This document shows, piece by piece, positions 39,443 to 54,632 of a stretch of DNA of 64,000 bases. The notes beneath the pieces were generated by a model. It did not search any database. It was given only the letters and a program-made list of their open reading frames with translations, and was not told the origin of the DNA. The DNA lies in the NCBI GenBank assembly GCA_024275915.1, contig JAJRYG010000070.1, positions 34,361 through 98,360 of the forward strand, written 5' to 3'. Each line of letters opens with the position of its first letter. Within the stretch, counting starts at the first letter, position 1. Origin of the DNA: Gammaproteobacteria bacterium. GTDB taxonomy: Bacteria; Pseudomonadota; Gammaproteobacteria; UBA6429; Thiohalophilaceae. Both the position numbers and the translations under genes were made by a program.

Positions 39443-39955
39443 TCAATCCAGCTCGTCGAGGATCTTGTCGATTTTTTCTGCTGTCAGATTACCGTGATAG
39501 GTTTCACCAATCTGGAACATGGGCGCTTCCACGCAGGCTCCCAGGCATTCGACTTCCTTGAGCGTCACACGTCCATCGGCGGTGGTTTGTCCCAGTTTGA
39601 TGCCCAGGCGGTTTTCCAGGTGGGCAACGATTTCATCGGAACCGCGCAGCATGCAGGAAATATTGGTGCAAACACAGATCTTGTGGCGACCAACCGGTTC
39701 CAGCTCGTACATGGAATAGAAGGTGGCCACTTCATACACGGCGATGGGTGGCATGTCGAGGTATTCGGCCACCGCATCCATCAGGTCCGTGGTCAGAAAA
39801 CCCCGGTTCTGGTTCTGCACGATGCGCAATGCCGACATGATCGCCGAATTTTTCCTGTCCTGCGGATACTTGCTGATCTACTCATCGATCTCGGCCCGGG
39901 ATTCGTCCTTCAGCAGGTGCAGCTTGCTCTGTGGCTTGTTTGCTTTCAACATCAT
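39443..39955 (-). pseudogene. nuoE: NADH-quinone oxidoreductase subunit E gene with in-frame TAG (39878..39880)
   Basis: The frame from ATG 39955 (ATGA overlap with the nuoD stop) reads [46 protein letters not shown]... Residues on both sides of the stop match the conserved NuoE N-terminus. The intact part from ATG 39838 (131 aa) keeps the 2Fe-2S cysteines. Confidence 0.85.
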
Positions 39956-41205
39956 CGATCGATTTCCCCGAATACGATATCCATGGTGCCAATGATGGCC
40001 ACCACGTCTGACAACATGTGGCCATTGGCCATCTCGTCCATGGCGGCAAGATGGGCAAAACCCGGCGCACGGATCTTCAGGCGATAGGGTTTGTTGGCAC
40101 CATCGGACATCAGATAGACACCAAACTCACCCTTGGGATGCTCGACCGCACTGTAGGCTTCACCTGCCGGCAGTGTGTAACCTTCGGTAAACAGCTTGAA
40201 GTGATGGATCAGGGATTCCATGTCGCCTTTCATGTGCTCACGTGAAGGCGGGGTCAGCTTGTGATCATCGAGGATCACCGGACCCGGATTGTTCTTCAGC
40301 CACTCCACACACTGCTTGATGATGCGGTTGGACTGACGCAGTTCCTCGACCCGCACCAGATAACGGGAATAACAGTCCCCGTTGGTACCAACCGGGATGA
40401 TGAAATCGAGCTTGTCATAGACTTCATAAGGCTGCTTCTTGCGCAGATCCCATTCCACCCCGGAGCCGCGCAGCATGGCGCCGGAAAAGCCCATCTGTTT
40501 GGCACGTTCCGGCGAGACGATACCGATATCCACGGTACGCTGCTTCCAGATGCGGTTGTCGGTCAGCAGGGTTTCGTACTCATCCACATAGGAGGGGAAT
40601 CGATTGGCAAAGTCGTCGATGAAGTCCAGCAATGAACCACTGCGGGCTTCGTTCATGCGTTTGGTTTCGGCTGCATCCTTGTACTTGCTTTCCTGGTACC
40701 GGGGCATGGTGGCAGGCAGATCCCGATAGACACCACCGGGGCGGTAATAGGCCGCATGCATGCGAGCCCCCGATACGGCCTCGTACATGTCCATGAGATC
40801 TTCACGTTCACGGAAACAGTAGATGAACATGGTCATGGCACCGATATCCAGCGCATGGGTACCCAGCCACATCAGATGATTGAGGATACGGGTGATCTCG
40901 TCAAACATGACACGGATGTACTGGGCACGTACAGGGGGTTCGACACCTAGCATCTTTTCCAGTGCCAGTACATAACCGTGTTCATTGACCATCATGGACA
41001 CGTAGTCGAGCCGATCCATGTAGGGAATGCTCTGGTTGTAGGGCTTGTATTCGGCAAGTTTCTCGGTGGCTCGATGCAACAGACCGATATGCGGATCGGC
41101 GCGTTGGACCACTTCACCATCCATTTCCAGTACCAGGCGCAACACGCCGTGAGCAGCCGGATGCTGGGGGCCGAAGTTGAGCGTGTAATTGCGAATTTCA
41201 GGCAT
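39952..41205 (-). CDS. nuoD: NADH-quinone oxidoreductase subunit D
   Basis: 417 aa from the ATG at 41205 ([24 protein letters not shown]). Confidence 0.95.
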   Translation of the reverse strand: MPEIRNYTLNFGPQHPAAHGVLRLVLEMDGEVVQRADPHIGLLHRATEKLAEYKPYNQSIPYMDRLDYVSMMVNEHGYVLALEKMLGVEPPVRAQYIRVMFDEITRILNHLMWLGTHALDIGAMTMFIYCFREREDLMDMYEAVSGARMHAAYYRPGGVYRDLPATMPRYQESKYKDAAETKRMNEARSGSLLDFIDDFANRFPSYVDEYETLLTDNRIWKQRTVDIGIVSPERAKQMGFSGAMLRGSGVEWDLRKKQPYEVYDKLDFIIPVGTNGDCYSRYLVRVEELRQSNRIIKQCVEWLKNNPGPVILDDHKLTPPSREHMKGDMESLIHHFKLFTEGYTLPAGEAYSAVEHPKGEFGVYLMSDGANKPYRLKIRAPGFAHLAAMDEMANGHMLSDVVAIIGTMDIVFGEIDR

Positions 41206-41818
41206 CGCTGTTTTCCTCCAGCTCCTTGCCGAGATAACGGTTGTCATCACGGATGACTCTCAGCTGGTTGATGCGAGGCTGAACCGTGACCGGCTCGTAG
41301 ATAACCCGTTGCTTTTCCGGGTCATAGCGCATTTCCACATTCCCCGACAGCGGAAAGTCCTTGCGGAACGGATGGCCAACGAAACCATAGTCGGTAAGAA
41401 TGCGGCGCAGATCGGGGTGGCCTTCGAAAATGATACCAAACAGGTCGAAGGCTTCGCGCTCGTACCAGTTGGCCGAGTTCCAGACATCGATGACCGAATC
41501 GATAACCGGTGGTTCACCATCGACCAGCACCTTGAGCCGAATGCGGTGGTTATGGCGGATGGACAACAACTGGTAGGCCACACCAAAACGTGGTCCCTTC
41601 CAGGCACCGTCACCATACTGACTGTAATCGATGCCACACAGGTCGATGAGTTCTTCGCAGAGCAGTTCCTTGTCATCACGCAAACGACCGCTGATTTCGA
41701 GCAACTTGTCATGTTTGGCAGTCACCATCAGCTCACCAAACTCGACATCGACAGACTCGAACAGGCCGGCAAGTTTTTCACTTGCGACATCAGCCAGTTT
41801 TGAATAATAGTCAGACAT
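41198..41818 (-). CDS. nuoC: NADH-quinone oxidoreductase subunit C
   Basis: 206 aa. It is separate from nuoD (not fused). Confidence 0.92.
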   Translation of the reverse strand: MSDYYSKLADVASEKLAGLFESVDVEFGELMVTAKHDKLLEISGRLRDDKELLCEELIDLCGIDYSQYGDGAWKGPRFGVAYQLLSIRHNHRIRLKVLVDGEPPVIDSVIDVWNSANWYEREAFDLFGIIFEGHPDLRRILTDYGFVGHPFRKDFPLSGNVEMRYDPEKQRVIYEPVTVQPRINQLRVIRDDNRYLGKELEENSDA

Positions 41819-41835
41819 ATATTTTACAAACCCTG

Positions 41836-42315
41836 TTAACGGGCAATGGTATTGGTTCGACGGATCTTGTTCTGCAACTGGATAACGCCGTAGATCAGGG
41901 CTTCTGCCGTGGGTGGACAGCCGGGCACATAGATATCCACCGGCACCACACGGTCACAGCCACGCACCACCGAATAGGAATAGTGATAATAGCCACCGCC
42001 ATTGGCACAGGATCCCATGGAAATGACCCAGCGTGGCTCGGCCATCTGGTCATAGACCTTGCGCAGGGCCGGGGCCATCTTGTTGCAAAGGGTACCGGCA
42101 ACGATCATCACGTCAGACTGGCGCGGGCTGCCACGGAAAATCCCGGCGCCGAAACGATCCAGATCATAACGTGCGGCAGCCGAGTGCATCATTTCTACCG
42201 CACAGCATGCCAGACCGAAAGTCATTGGCCACAACGAACCGGTTCGCGCCCAGTTGATGAGCTTGTCGGCCGAGGTGGTGACAATTCCCTCTTTCAGGAC
42301 ACCTTCTATTCCCAT
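41836..42315 (-). CDS. nuoB: NADH-quinone oxidoreductase subunit B
   Basis: 159 aa from the ATG at 42315 ([25 protein letters not shown]). Confidence 0.95.
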   Translation of the reverse strand: MGIEGVLKEGIVTTSADKLINWARTGSLWPMTFGLACCAVEMMHSAAARYDLDRFGAGIFRGSPRQSDVMIVAGTLCNKMAPALRKVYDQMAEPRWVISMGSCANGGGYYHYSYSVVRGCDRVVPVDIYVPGCPPTAEALIYGVIQLQNKIRRTNTIAR

Positions 42316-42662
42316 TCCAGTGCCCCCTTCTTCCATTCATAGATAAAGCCGATCACCAGAATACCCAGGAACATGCTCATCGAGATATACCCGAACCAGC
42401 CGATTTCCTTGAGCACGATGGCCCAGGGAAACAGAAAGGCAATTTCGAGATCGAAAAGGATAAACAGAATGGCAACGAGGTAATAACGCACGTCGAATTT
42501 CATGCGCGAGTCTTCGAAGGCCTCGAAGCCACATTCATAAGGGGAAAGCTTTTCACTGTCGGGACGATTCGGTGCCAGCATGCTGCCCATTAGAATCATC
42601 ACACCGCCAACGACGACACCCACCACAATAAAGATCAGTACCGGCAGGTAATTCTCTATCAT
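42306..42662 (-). CDS. nuoA: NADH-quinone oxidoreductase subunit A
   Basis: 118 aa, 3 TM, with the YECGF motif. First gene of the operon. Confidence 0.93.
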   Translation of the reverse strand: MIENYLPVLIFIVVGVVVGGVMILMGSMLAPNRPDSEKLSPYECGFEAFEDSRMKFDVRYYLVAILFILFDLEIAFLFPWAIVLKEIGWFGYISMSMFLGILVIGFIYEWKKGALEWE

Positions 42663-43130
42663 TACTCTTCCTCAAGACGCGTTATAACCGGCAGGCTGCT
42701 CCAGCAGAAATTCCCTACCAGTTTTGTTTTATTTTTTAAACCGTCTTCCCAACAGCTCAGGGCAGTCTAGGCTACCCGTTTAAACTGTGTCAAGTTTGCC
42801 GCAAGATGATTTATCACGACATATCAACAGGTTACTATATTTTTTGCGGGCATGTATTTTTTCGTCGCTTACAATGACATTAATCAAACAATTTATAAAG
42901 ATCTGAATGAAATTAAATGACAAACACCGCGCAAAACTGGTCGATTTGTAAGCAGGATAATGGCCTCAGTCATGAGATCCCCCCCGCCACAACCAGGGCC
43001 CTGACAGGATCGCAGCCTGGAGCCCGGGTAACGAAATATCCGGGCACAAAATCCAGCATTGCAATGCTAGCTGACTTGCCAGCTAGTAAAAAAGTAGGAA
43101 GTTGGAATCTGGACTCGCCCCCTTACCGGC

Positions 43131-43275
43131 CGCAGGGCATTGCACCGCTGCCAACCCCGTGCAATGCCCTTGGCAGATTGTTCCACCCCACCACGCCCTG
43201 CGTAGGGCGCAATAATCGCAGGGCATTGCGCCGTTGCCAACGCCGGTGCAATGCGCTTTGCTTATTGCACCCTAC
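43131..43275. repeat. REP-like elements, family A (one partial plus one full unit)
   Basis: 43202..43275 reads GTAGGGCGCAATAATCGCAGGGCATTGCGCC...GCTTATTGCACCCTAC. 43131..43175 repeats the internal CGCAGGGCATTGCACCGCTGCCAAC core. Confidence 0.8.
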
Positions 43276-43320
43276 CACCACCCTACCACCGCCACCACTA
43301 CCAGGCCGGTTCGATCTAGT

Positions 43321-43388
43321 AAAAACGAAAAACCGGGATGAACCCGGTTTTTCGTTATCGTATGTATGGTGCCGAAGGCCGGACTCGA
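43321..43388. repeat. perfect 68-bp duplicate of the tRNA-Leu terminator plus the last 22 nt of tRNA-Leu
   Basis: Identical to 43497..43564, 176 bp away. Contains TGGTGCCGAAGGCCGGACTCGA, which is the 3' end of tRNA-Leu. Confidence 0.9.
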
Positions 43389-43496
43389 CCACCTTGCCGG
43401 GAGCAAGGCGGGATGCCGCGACAGCGGCACCCGCAGGGCGCAGGCCAGGGATGGCATGCGTCAGCCGGCACGGGAACCGTGCCGGTTCGACTCGAC

Positions 43497-43528
43497 AAAA
43501 ACGAAAAACCGGGATGAACCCGGTTTTT
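43497..43528 (-). terminator. hairpin terminator 3' of tRNA-Leu
   Basis: AAAAACCGGG-ATGAA-CCCGGTTTTT, flanked by a T-run on the minus strand (CGTTTTT). Confidence 0.7.
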
Positions 43529-43542
43529 CGTTATCGTATGTA

Positions 43543-43627
43543 TGGTGCCGAAGGCCGGACTCGAACCGGCACGGCTTGCGCCACTACCCCCTCAAGATAG
43601 CGTGTCTACCAATTTCACCACTTCGGC
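43543..43627 (-). tRNA. tRNA-Leu (anticodon GAG)
   Basis: The 85-nt reverse complement GCCGAAGTGGTGAAATTGGTAGACACGCTATCTTGAGGGGGTAGTGGCGCAAGCCGTGCCGGTTCGAGTCCGGCCTTCGGCACCA has a long variable arm and resembles E. coli leuU. It follows secG as in E. coli. Confidence 0.92.
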
Positions 43628-43667
43628 TTGTTCTGTTACGGTATGACTCGTGGAGTCCATATCCCGT

Positions 43668-44138
43668 TCAATTTGATGTTTTCCCGCCAGTTGTCGGCTC
43701 GCTGGCCGGTGCAGCAGTCGGCACTTCGTCTGTGGCGGTCGGTGCTGCTGAGTCGGCAGCGACCGGCACATCACTTTCTGTGGCCTTGCTCTGCTCACTC
43801 CGCGGTTCTGGCGCCGGTACAACGGGAATGTCCTGATCCCTGACAGGTTGTTCGATGACCTGCTCATGCTTCTCCAGCTGATCGACAATACTGGCCGGCT
43901 TGTTCTGCTGGGCCGCCATGTAGGCCAGGGTAAGGCTGGAAATGAAAAACAGGGTGGCGAGAATGCCCGTTGCACGGGTCAGGAAGGAACTCGAACCCCG
44001 TGAACCGAAAACGGTTCCGGAGGCGCCGCTGCCAAATGCCGCACCGGCATCCGCACCCTTGCCCTGCTGGATCAGCACCAGGCCAACCAGGCCAACGGCA
44101 ATAATCACATGAATAATCAGTATACTATTGTAAAACAT
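43668..44138 (-). CDS. secG: preprotein translocase subunit SecG (with long acidic/Pro-Ala-rich C-terminal tail)
   Basis: 156 aa from the ATG at 44138. [36 protein letters not shown] is typical of SecG. Confidence 0.9.
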   Translation of the reverse strand: MFYNSILIIHVIIAVGLVGLVLIQQGKGADAGAAFGSGASGTVFGSRGSSSFLTRATGILATLFFISSLTLAYMAAQQNKPASIVDQLEKHEQVIEQPVRDQDIPVVPAPEPRSEQSKATESDVPVAADSAAPTATDEVPTAAPASEPTTGGKTSN

Positions 44139-44167
44139 CGTGTTTTTGTCTCCAGCAGGACCTTGAA

Positions 44168-44920
44168 TCAGCCTGCCGCTTTGCAAATGGCCAGAAAGTC
44201 TTCGGCCTTGAGTGAAGCACCACCAATGAGTCCGCCATCGATGTCGGCCATGGCCAGCAGCTCGGCGGCGTTGCCGGCATTCATGCTGCCACCGTACTGG
44301 ATGCGGACCTTGTCGGCGACACTGGCATCCTTTTCGGCGATGAGCTTGCGGATGAAGGCGTGGGCTTCCTGTGCCTGCTCCGGTGAGGCGGTCTTGCCTG
44401 TGCCGATGGCCCAGACCGGTTCGTAGGCGATGACACCATCGTTGAGGGCCGTGACGCCTTCCAGGTCGATGACGGCATTGAGCTGTCGGGCCACGACCTC
44501 TTCCATGATGCCCTTTTCACGCTCTTCGAGGGTTTCACCCACACACAGAATCGGGATGAGACCGGCCGTGCGGGCCACGGCGTATTTCCTTGCCACCAGG
44601 GCATCGTCTTCGCCATACAGGGAACGGCGCTCGGAATGGCCAACGATGACGAACTTGCAACCAAAATCCAGCAGCATGGAAGCAGAAATTTCACCGGTGA
44701 AGGCACCCTTCTCTTCGGTGCTGAGGTTCTGTCCCCCCCAGGCAATGGGGGTTCCACTGAGCTGGGACTGGACGTCCGCCAGGTAAACATAGGGGGCACA
44801 GACGGCAACTTCGGCGGTTTTTACTTCATCAATGCCTGCCTTGAGTCCATCGAGCAGCGTTTTGATGCTGTCTCGGGAGCCATTCATCTTCCAGTTTCCG
44901 GCAATCAGGGGTTGGCGCAT
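44168..44920 (-). CDS. tpiA: triose-phosphate isomerase
   Basis: 250 aa from the ATG at 44920 with [21 protein letters not shown] and [11 protein letters not shown]. Confidence 0.95.
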   Translation of the reverse strand: MRQPLIAGNWKMNGSRDSIKTLLDGLKAGIDEVKTAEVAVCAPYVYLADVQSQLSGTPIAWGGQNLSTEEKGAFTGEISASMLLDFGCKFVIVGHSERRSLYGEDDALVARKYAVARTAGLIPILCVGETLEEREKGIMEEVVARQLNAVIDLEGVTALNDGVIAYEPVWAIGTGKTASPEQAQEAHAFIRKLIAEKDASVADKVRIQYGGSMNAGNAAELLAMADIDGGLIGGASLKAEDFLAICKAAG

Positions 44921-45013
44921 GTTATTCCTCGTCAGATCTTGCTGGCCATATAAAGAGCGCGACAGAATACCGTCAGGACGACAATAAATCAATCAAACTA
45001 CGGGATTTTGTGC

Positions 45014-46360
45014 TTAATTTGCCGATGACAGGACCTGATTGACGCTATCGACCAGTTGTGCCGCCACACTGTCCACCAGCCGGGCATCCTGGCCTTCCAC
45101 CATCACCCGGATCAGGGGTTCGGTGCCCGAGGCGCGCAGCAGGATTCGGCCCGTATCGGCCAGCTCGGCTTCGGCGGCGGTCATGGCCGACTTGATCAGC
45201 GGATGATCCATGACATCCACACGTTTTTCCATGCGCACATTGAGCAGGGTCTGGGGATATTTGGTCATGCCCGAAAGCAGTTCGCTGAGGGTCTTGCCAC
45301 TGTAGACCATGGCGGTGAGTACCTGCAGGGCGGCGATGATCCCGTCCCCGGTACTGGTGCGGTTGAGGCAGATGATATGTCCGGAATTCTCCCCGCCCAG
45401 GCTCCAGTCATTGGCCAGCAGCTGCTCCATGACATAACGATCCCCCACGTTGGCACGCAAGAAGGGGATATTCTCTCGCTGCAGGGCATGTTCGAGGCCC
45501 AGGTTGGTCATCAGCGTCCCCACCACGCCCCCATTGAGCCTGTCTCTTTGCTGGCTGTGCATGGCGATGATGTAAAGCAATTCGTCGCCGTCGATGAGGT
45601 TACCCAGGTTGTCCACCATCAGCACCCGGTCGCCATCACCGTCGAAGGCGATGCCAAAATCCGCTTTTTCCGCTTTTACCGTGGCCTGCAAAGTGGCCGG
45701 GTGGGTCGAGCCGATATCCGCATTGATGTTCAGGCCGTCGGGCTGATCACCGATGGCCACCACCTCGGCACCAAGCTCGGTGAACACCGAAGGGGCAATG
45801 TGATAGGTGGCGCCATTGGCGCAGTCCAGCACGATTTTCATGCCACGCAGGCTTTTGTAGGATGGAAAGGAACTCTTGCAGAATTCGATATAACGACCGG
45901 CAGCATCTTCGATGCGGGTCGCCTTGCCCAGATCGGCCGAAGCATTGCAGATCAGCGGCTTGTCGAGTTCGGCTTCGATGGCATGTTCCACATCGTCGGG
46001 CAGTTTGGTGCCGTTGGCGGAGAAAAACTTGATGCCATTGTCGTCATAGGGGTTGTGGGATGCACTGATGACGATACCGGCGCAGGCATGAAAGGTGCGT
46101 GTCAGGTAGGCAATACCGGGCGTGGGCATGGGCCCCAGCAGGCCGATGTCGACCCCGGCGGCAGACAGCCCCGCCTGCAGGGCGGACTCGAACATGTAGC
46201 CGGAAATCCGCGTGTCCTTGCCGATCAAAACCTTGCCACAGCCACCGCCGCCGAGCACCTTGCCAGTGGCCCAGCCCAGCTTGAGCACAAATTCGGGGGT
46301 GATGGGCCCTTCCCCGACCTTGCCACGAATACCATCGGTACCAAAATGTTTGCGAGTCAT
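45014..46360 (-). CDS. glmM: phosphoglucosamine mutase
   Basis: 448 aa from the ATG at 46360 with FGTDGIRG and the active-site motif [13 protein letters not shown]. Confidence 0.95.
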   Translation of the reverse strand: MTRKHFGTDGIRGKVGEGPITPEFVLKLGWATGKVLGGGGCGKVLIGKDTRISGYMFESALQAGLSAAGVDIGLLGPMPTPGIAYLTRTFHACAGIVISASHNPYDDNGIKFFSANGTKLPDDVEHAIEAELDKPLICNASADLGKATRIEDAAGRYIEFCKSSFPSYKSLRGMKIVLDCANGATYHIAPSVFTELGAEVVAIGDQPDGLNINADIGSTHPATLQATVKAEKADFGIAFDGDGDRVLMVDNLGNLIDGDELLYIIAMHSQQRDRLNGGVVGTLMTNLGLEHALQRENIPFLRANVGDRYVMEQLLANDWSLGGENSGHIICLNRTSTGDGIIAALQVLTAMVYSGKTLSELLSGMTKYPQTLLNVRMEKRVDVMDHPLIKSAMTAAEAELADTGRILLRASGTEPLIRVMVEGQDARLVDSVAAQLVDSVNQVLSSAN

Positions 46361-47199
46361 TGTTTTTTCTCTTTGTCTTCTCCGGCCTGCGCTACGGCAT
46401 GGCACATCTTAACCGCATGCACCGTCTGCTGCACGTCATGGGCCCGAATAATCTTCGCGCCCAGCCACACGGCCAGCCCCGCCAGCGCCAGCCCACCGGC
46501 CAGGCGCTGTTCCACCGGCACATCCAGCACGTCACCAATCATGGATTTGCGCGAAACCCCCACCAGCAGGGGGTGCCCCATTGCCGTGAACCGATCCAGG
46601 TGCCTGAACAGGCGCAGATTCTGCTCCAGGGTTTTGCCAAAGCCAAAGCCGGGATCGAGAATGATCTGTTCGGCAGCAATACCGGCTGCGAGACAGGATT
46701 CGATACGTTGCTGGAGGAAAGCCATGACTTCACTGACCACATCCTGGTAGCGGGGTGCGTTCTGCATGTTGCGGGGCTGGCCCTGCATGTGCATCAGACA
46801 CACGGGGACATTCAGCGAGGCGGCGCCAAGCAGTGCATCTTCATCCCGCAGGGCACGTACGTCATTGATGAGGCTGGCTCCGGCACCGACGGCGGCGGCC
46901 ATGACTTCAGCCTTGCTGGTATCGATGGAAATGGGAATGTCGCTTTCGGCGCGAATGGCCTCGATGATCGGGATCACCCGTTGCAGTTCCTCGTCGAGAC
47001 CCACTGCCGTGGCCCCGGGACGGGTGGACTCGCCACCGATGTCGATGATGCCGGCACCCTCGGCGATCATCTGCCGGGCCTGTTGCAGGGCGGCCTCACA
47101 TGAGGTGTAGCGGCCACCGTCAGAGAAGGAATCGGGGGTGACATTGAGAATGCCCATCACTGTGGGCGTCTCGAAGGTCAATGTGCCAGGCTTAAGCAT
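46357..47199 (-). CDS. folP: dihydropteroate synthase
   Basis: [16 protein letters not shown] and [11 protein letters not shown] chose the ATG at 47199; a TTG at 47217 is also possible but would overlap the ftsH terminator. Confidence 0.9.
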   Translation of the reverse strand: MLKPGTLTFETPTVMGILNVTPDSFSDGGRYTSCEAALQQARQMIAEGAGIIDIGGESTRPGATAVGLDEELQRVIPIIEAIRAESDIPISIDTSKAEVMAAAVGAGASLINDVRALRDEDALLGAASLNVPVCLMHMQGQPRNMQNAPRYQDVVSEVMAFLQQRIESCLAAGIAAEQIILDPGFGFGKTLEQNLRLFRHLDRFTAMGHPLLVGVSRKSMIGDVLDVPVEQRLAGGLALAGLAVWLGAKIIRAHDVQQTVHAVKMCHAVAQAGEDKEKKQ

Positions 47200-47213
47200 C
47201 TTGCGGAATCCAG

Positions 47214-47246
47214 ACAAATAAAACGGCGGAACCTGTCCGCCGTTTT
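47214..47246 (-). terminator. hairpin terminator/attenuator between ftsH and folP
   Basis: The minus strand reads AAAACGGCGG-ACAGGTT-CCGCCGTTTT followed by ATTTG. Confidence 0.6.
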
Positions 47247-47320
47247 CAGAAACGAGGGTCGAGGGACGAGTGACGAGGAAAGCCGTCGATCCGTGTCACT
47301 GGTCCCTGCCGCGCAGCGAC

Positions 47321-49240
<1,920 letters not shown>

Positions 49241-49302
49241 TTTCTTTCCTCGATAAGCAAACCCATAATAGCGGGTCGCTTCAGACTGCTTGATAGTTAA
49301 AG

Positions 49303-49938
49303 CTACACTACTTTAAAGCCGCGTGCCAGTAAGTAAATCTCAGGCGAACGGGGCCGCGAAGCCTTGGGCTTGCGCACCTGTACCTTGTCGAAATGGTTGC
49401 GCAAGACCCGTTTGAACTCATCCACCCCTTCGCCGTTGAATACCTTGACCAGCATATCCCCTTCTTTTTTAAGGACTTTAATTGCCAGTTCAAGGGTCAG
49501 TTCGACCAGGTACATGGCACGAGGCTGATCCACAGCCTTGACTCCACTTATATTGGGTGCCATATCGGACATTACAAGATCAACTTGATGATTATCGAGC
49601 ATTTTCAGCAATTCGTCGTAAACGTTCTGATCCTGAAAATCCCCCTGAATGAAATCCACCCCGGCCAGCGCGTCCATGGGCAGCAGATCTAGGGCAAATA
49701 CCCGCCCCCTGTCACCCACTTTCTGTGCCGCCACTTCTGACCAGCTGCCCGGTGCGGCACCCAGATCCACCACTGTCATGCCCGGCCTGAGCAGCCTGTC
49801 CCGTTCGTTGATTTCCAGCAATTTATAGACCGCACGGGCCCGATAACCGTCCTGCTGGGCTTTTTTGACGTATTCATCGTCAAAATGTTCCTTCAGCCAG
49901 GCCTGGCTGGTTTTACTGCGTGAATGTTTTTTTGCCAT
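49303..49938 (-). CDS. rlmE: 23S rRNA (uridine2552-2'-O)-methyltransferase RlmE (FtsJ)
   Basis: 211 aa with SAM motif [11 protein letters not shown]. Located upstream of ftsH as in E. coli. Confidence 0.93.
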   Translation of the reverse strand: MAKKHSRSKTSQAWLKEHFDDEYVKKAQQDGYRARAVYKLLEINERDRLLRPGMTVVDLGAAPGSWSEVAAQKVGDRGRVFALDLLPMDALAGVDFIQGDFQDQNVYDELLKMLDNHQVDLVMSDMAPNISGVKAVDQPRAMYLVELTLELAIKVLKKEGDMLVKVFNGEGVDEFKRVLRNHFDKVQVRKPKASRPRSPEIYLLARGFKVV

Positions 49939-50027
49939 AAATTTCTGTTACACACATTACAAGCCCGGACACAGGCTTTACAATAGACGGCCAAACCAGC
50001 CAAAGATTCCGGAAAATCCAGATTATT

Positions 50028-50327
50028 ATGTCGTTAAGCCAAAACCAGCGTCGCCACCTGCGCAAACTTGCCCATCATCTCAAGCCGGTCGTTATCATCG
50101 GCAATGCCGGCCTGGCGGAAAACGTCATCGCCGAAATCGACTCAGCCCTGGCCCATCATGAACTCATCAAGGTGCGACTCAATGCGGGTGACAAGCAGGA
50201 ACGACAGAGCATGATCGACGCCATTGTGGCCGGTACCGGTGCAGACTGGGTGCTGAGCATTGGCCACATCGCGGCCTTTTACCGCACCGCCGAAGAACCC
50301 CGCATCCCGTTGCCCAAGGGCAGCTAA
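50028..50327 (+). CDS. yhbY: ribosome assembly RNA-binding protein YhbY (CRM domain)
   Basis: 99 aa with LS..Q.R.LR.LAHHLKPVV.IG..GL. Divergent from rlmE. Confidence 0.9.
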   Translation: MSLSQNQRRHLRKLAHHLKPVVIIGNAGLAENVIAEIDSALAHHELIKVRLNAGDKQERQSMIDAIVAGTGADWVLSIGHIAAFYRTAEEPRIPLPKGS

Positions 50328-50349
50328 CGCCTTTTTCAACAGCCTGTTA
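50321..50349. repeat. family B repeat terminus fragment
   Basis: GCTAACGCCTTTTTCAACAGCCTGTTAGC resembles the right end of the copy at 59834..59858. It lies between two convergent genes. Confidence 0.45.
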
Positions 50350-50811
50350 GCGGCCCCCCGGACTTGCCAACGGTCGGCCACCCAGGCCGAAGATCACCAG
50401 CACCAGGCCCAGCAAACTGTTGACCATGAACAGTATCGACGAGATACCGTGCAAACGGCCAAAGCTGGCCGCCGCATGGGAACCGGGGACCAGACCGGCG
50501 GACTTGAGCTCGACCATCATCGGCTGGATGACAAACTGGCCCAGCAGCACGATCACCACCATGACCAGCAGCACCCAAAGGCGCCAGTTTTGCAGTTTGT
50601 TGCCGGTGGATTTGAGCCACTGGGCGAGCAGTAGCACGGTGCCGCTGAGCAGACCAATGTAACTGAGGATGGTAAACAGCTGGCCGGCAATGCGGCCAGC
50701 GACCATGCGATCATCGAGCATGTGAAACAGTGTGGGCGTGACGATGTAGCCCACGGTCCACATGCCACCGATCCACAGGGTCAGTAACAGGCGTTCGGAG
50801 ATGTTGAACAT
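50347..50811 (-). CDS. DUF4149 domain membrane protein
   Basis: 154 aa, 4 TM, TMEM205-like pattern. Confidence 0.7.
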   Translation of the reverse strand: MFNISERLLLTLWIGGMWTVGYIVTPTLFHMLDDRMVAGRIAGQLFTILSYIGLLSGTVLLLAQWLKSTGNKLQNWRLWVLLVMVVIVLLGQFVIQPMMVELKSAGLVPGSHAAASFGRLHGISSILFMVNSLLGLVLVIFGLGGRPLASPGGR

Positions 50812-50843
50812 GTGAAGAGGCTGACCCCGTCCGTCATGCCGAC

Positions 50844-51326
50844 TTATTCGTAACGCACGGAAATGATTTCGTATTCCCGAATGCCACCGGGCGCCTGCAC
50901 ATCCACCGTGTCATCGACCTTTTTGCCAATCAGGGCGCGGGCGATGGGTGAGGTAACTGAAATCAGGTTGTGCTTGATGTCAGCTTCCAACTCGCCGACG
51001 ATCTGGTAGGTCACTTCCTTGTCGGCTTCCACGTCGTAGAGTTCGACCGTGGCTCCGAAGACAATGCGATCACCGGCATTGGCGCCAACGGCAGCCACAT
51101 CGATGATTTCGGCATTGGTTACCGTGCCTTCGATTTCCTTGATCCGACCTTCGATGAAGCTCTGCTGCTCGCGGGCGGCATGGTACTCGGCATTTTCCTT
51201 CAGATCGCCATGCTCACGGGCCACGGCAATGGCCTTGATGACTTTCGGGCGTTGCACGGTCTTCAGTTCCTTGAGTTCTTCATTCAGTTTGGCAGCGCCT
51301 TTGGCGGTAATGGGGGCTCGGCTCAT
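50844..51326 (-). CDS. greA: transcription elongation factor GreA
   Basis: 160 aa with ..[16 protein letters not shown].. and a C-terminal FKBP-like domain. Confidence 0.95.
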   Translation of the reverse strand: MSRAPITAKGAAKLNEELKELKTVQRPKVIKAIAVAREHGDLKENAEYHAAREQQSFIEGRIKEIEGTVTNAEIIDVAAVGANAGDRIVFGATVELYDVEADKEVTYQIVGELEADIKHNLISVTSPIARALIGKKVDDTVDVQAPGGIREYEIISVRYE

Positions 51327-51334
51327 GCTGATAT

Positions 51335-54544
<3,210 letters not shown>

Positions 54545-54632
54545 AGTAATTTCAGTGACGAGTAACAAGTGACGAGTGACAGGGACACCCGGGTAAAATC
54601 ATGACTACGTCATCATGGTGATTGAACATAAT

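Noticed and set aside
39878-39880. Selenocysteine, pyrrolysine or genetic-code reassignment as the explanation for the in-frame stops in nuoE and the DUF3581-like gene.
   Set aside because: The codons are TAG and TAA, not TGA, so selenocysteine does not apply. TAG and TAA terminate many other genes in the window (for example metE ends in TAG). No pyl genes or downstream recoding structure were seen. Mutation or sequencing error is more parsimonious.
42917-43600. 227-aa ORF upstream of nuoA.
   Set aside because: It runs through the REP elements, the duplicated terminator and into the tRNA-Leu gene. The translation is Pro/Arg/Thr-rich with no motifs.
45056-46750. Very long ORFs antisense to housekeeping genes: 45056..46750 opposite glmM/folP, 47270..48655 opposite ftsH, 52796..54565 opposite carB, 61799..63139 opposite dnaK, 56241..57596 opposite the SBP/kinase, 15021..15926 opposite nosZ, and others.
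   Set aside because: Each lies entirely opposite a confidently identified conserved gene. Their translations are low-complexity (rich in G, H, D, R, V) with no recognisable motifs. Long stop-free antisense frames are a known by-product of GC-biased codon usage.
47250-47285. Short purine-rich motifs (GTGACGAG, GGGACAAG, CGAGGG) recurring in several spacers: 7670, 47255, 54561 and 58815.
   Set aside because: They are too short and degenerate to distinguish from chance by eye. A genome-wide word-enrichment test would be needed before calling them a repeat family.
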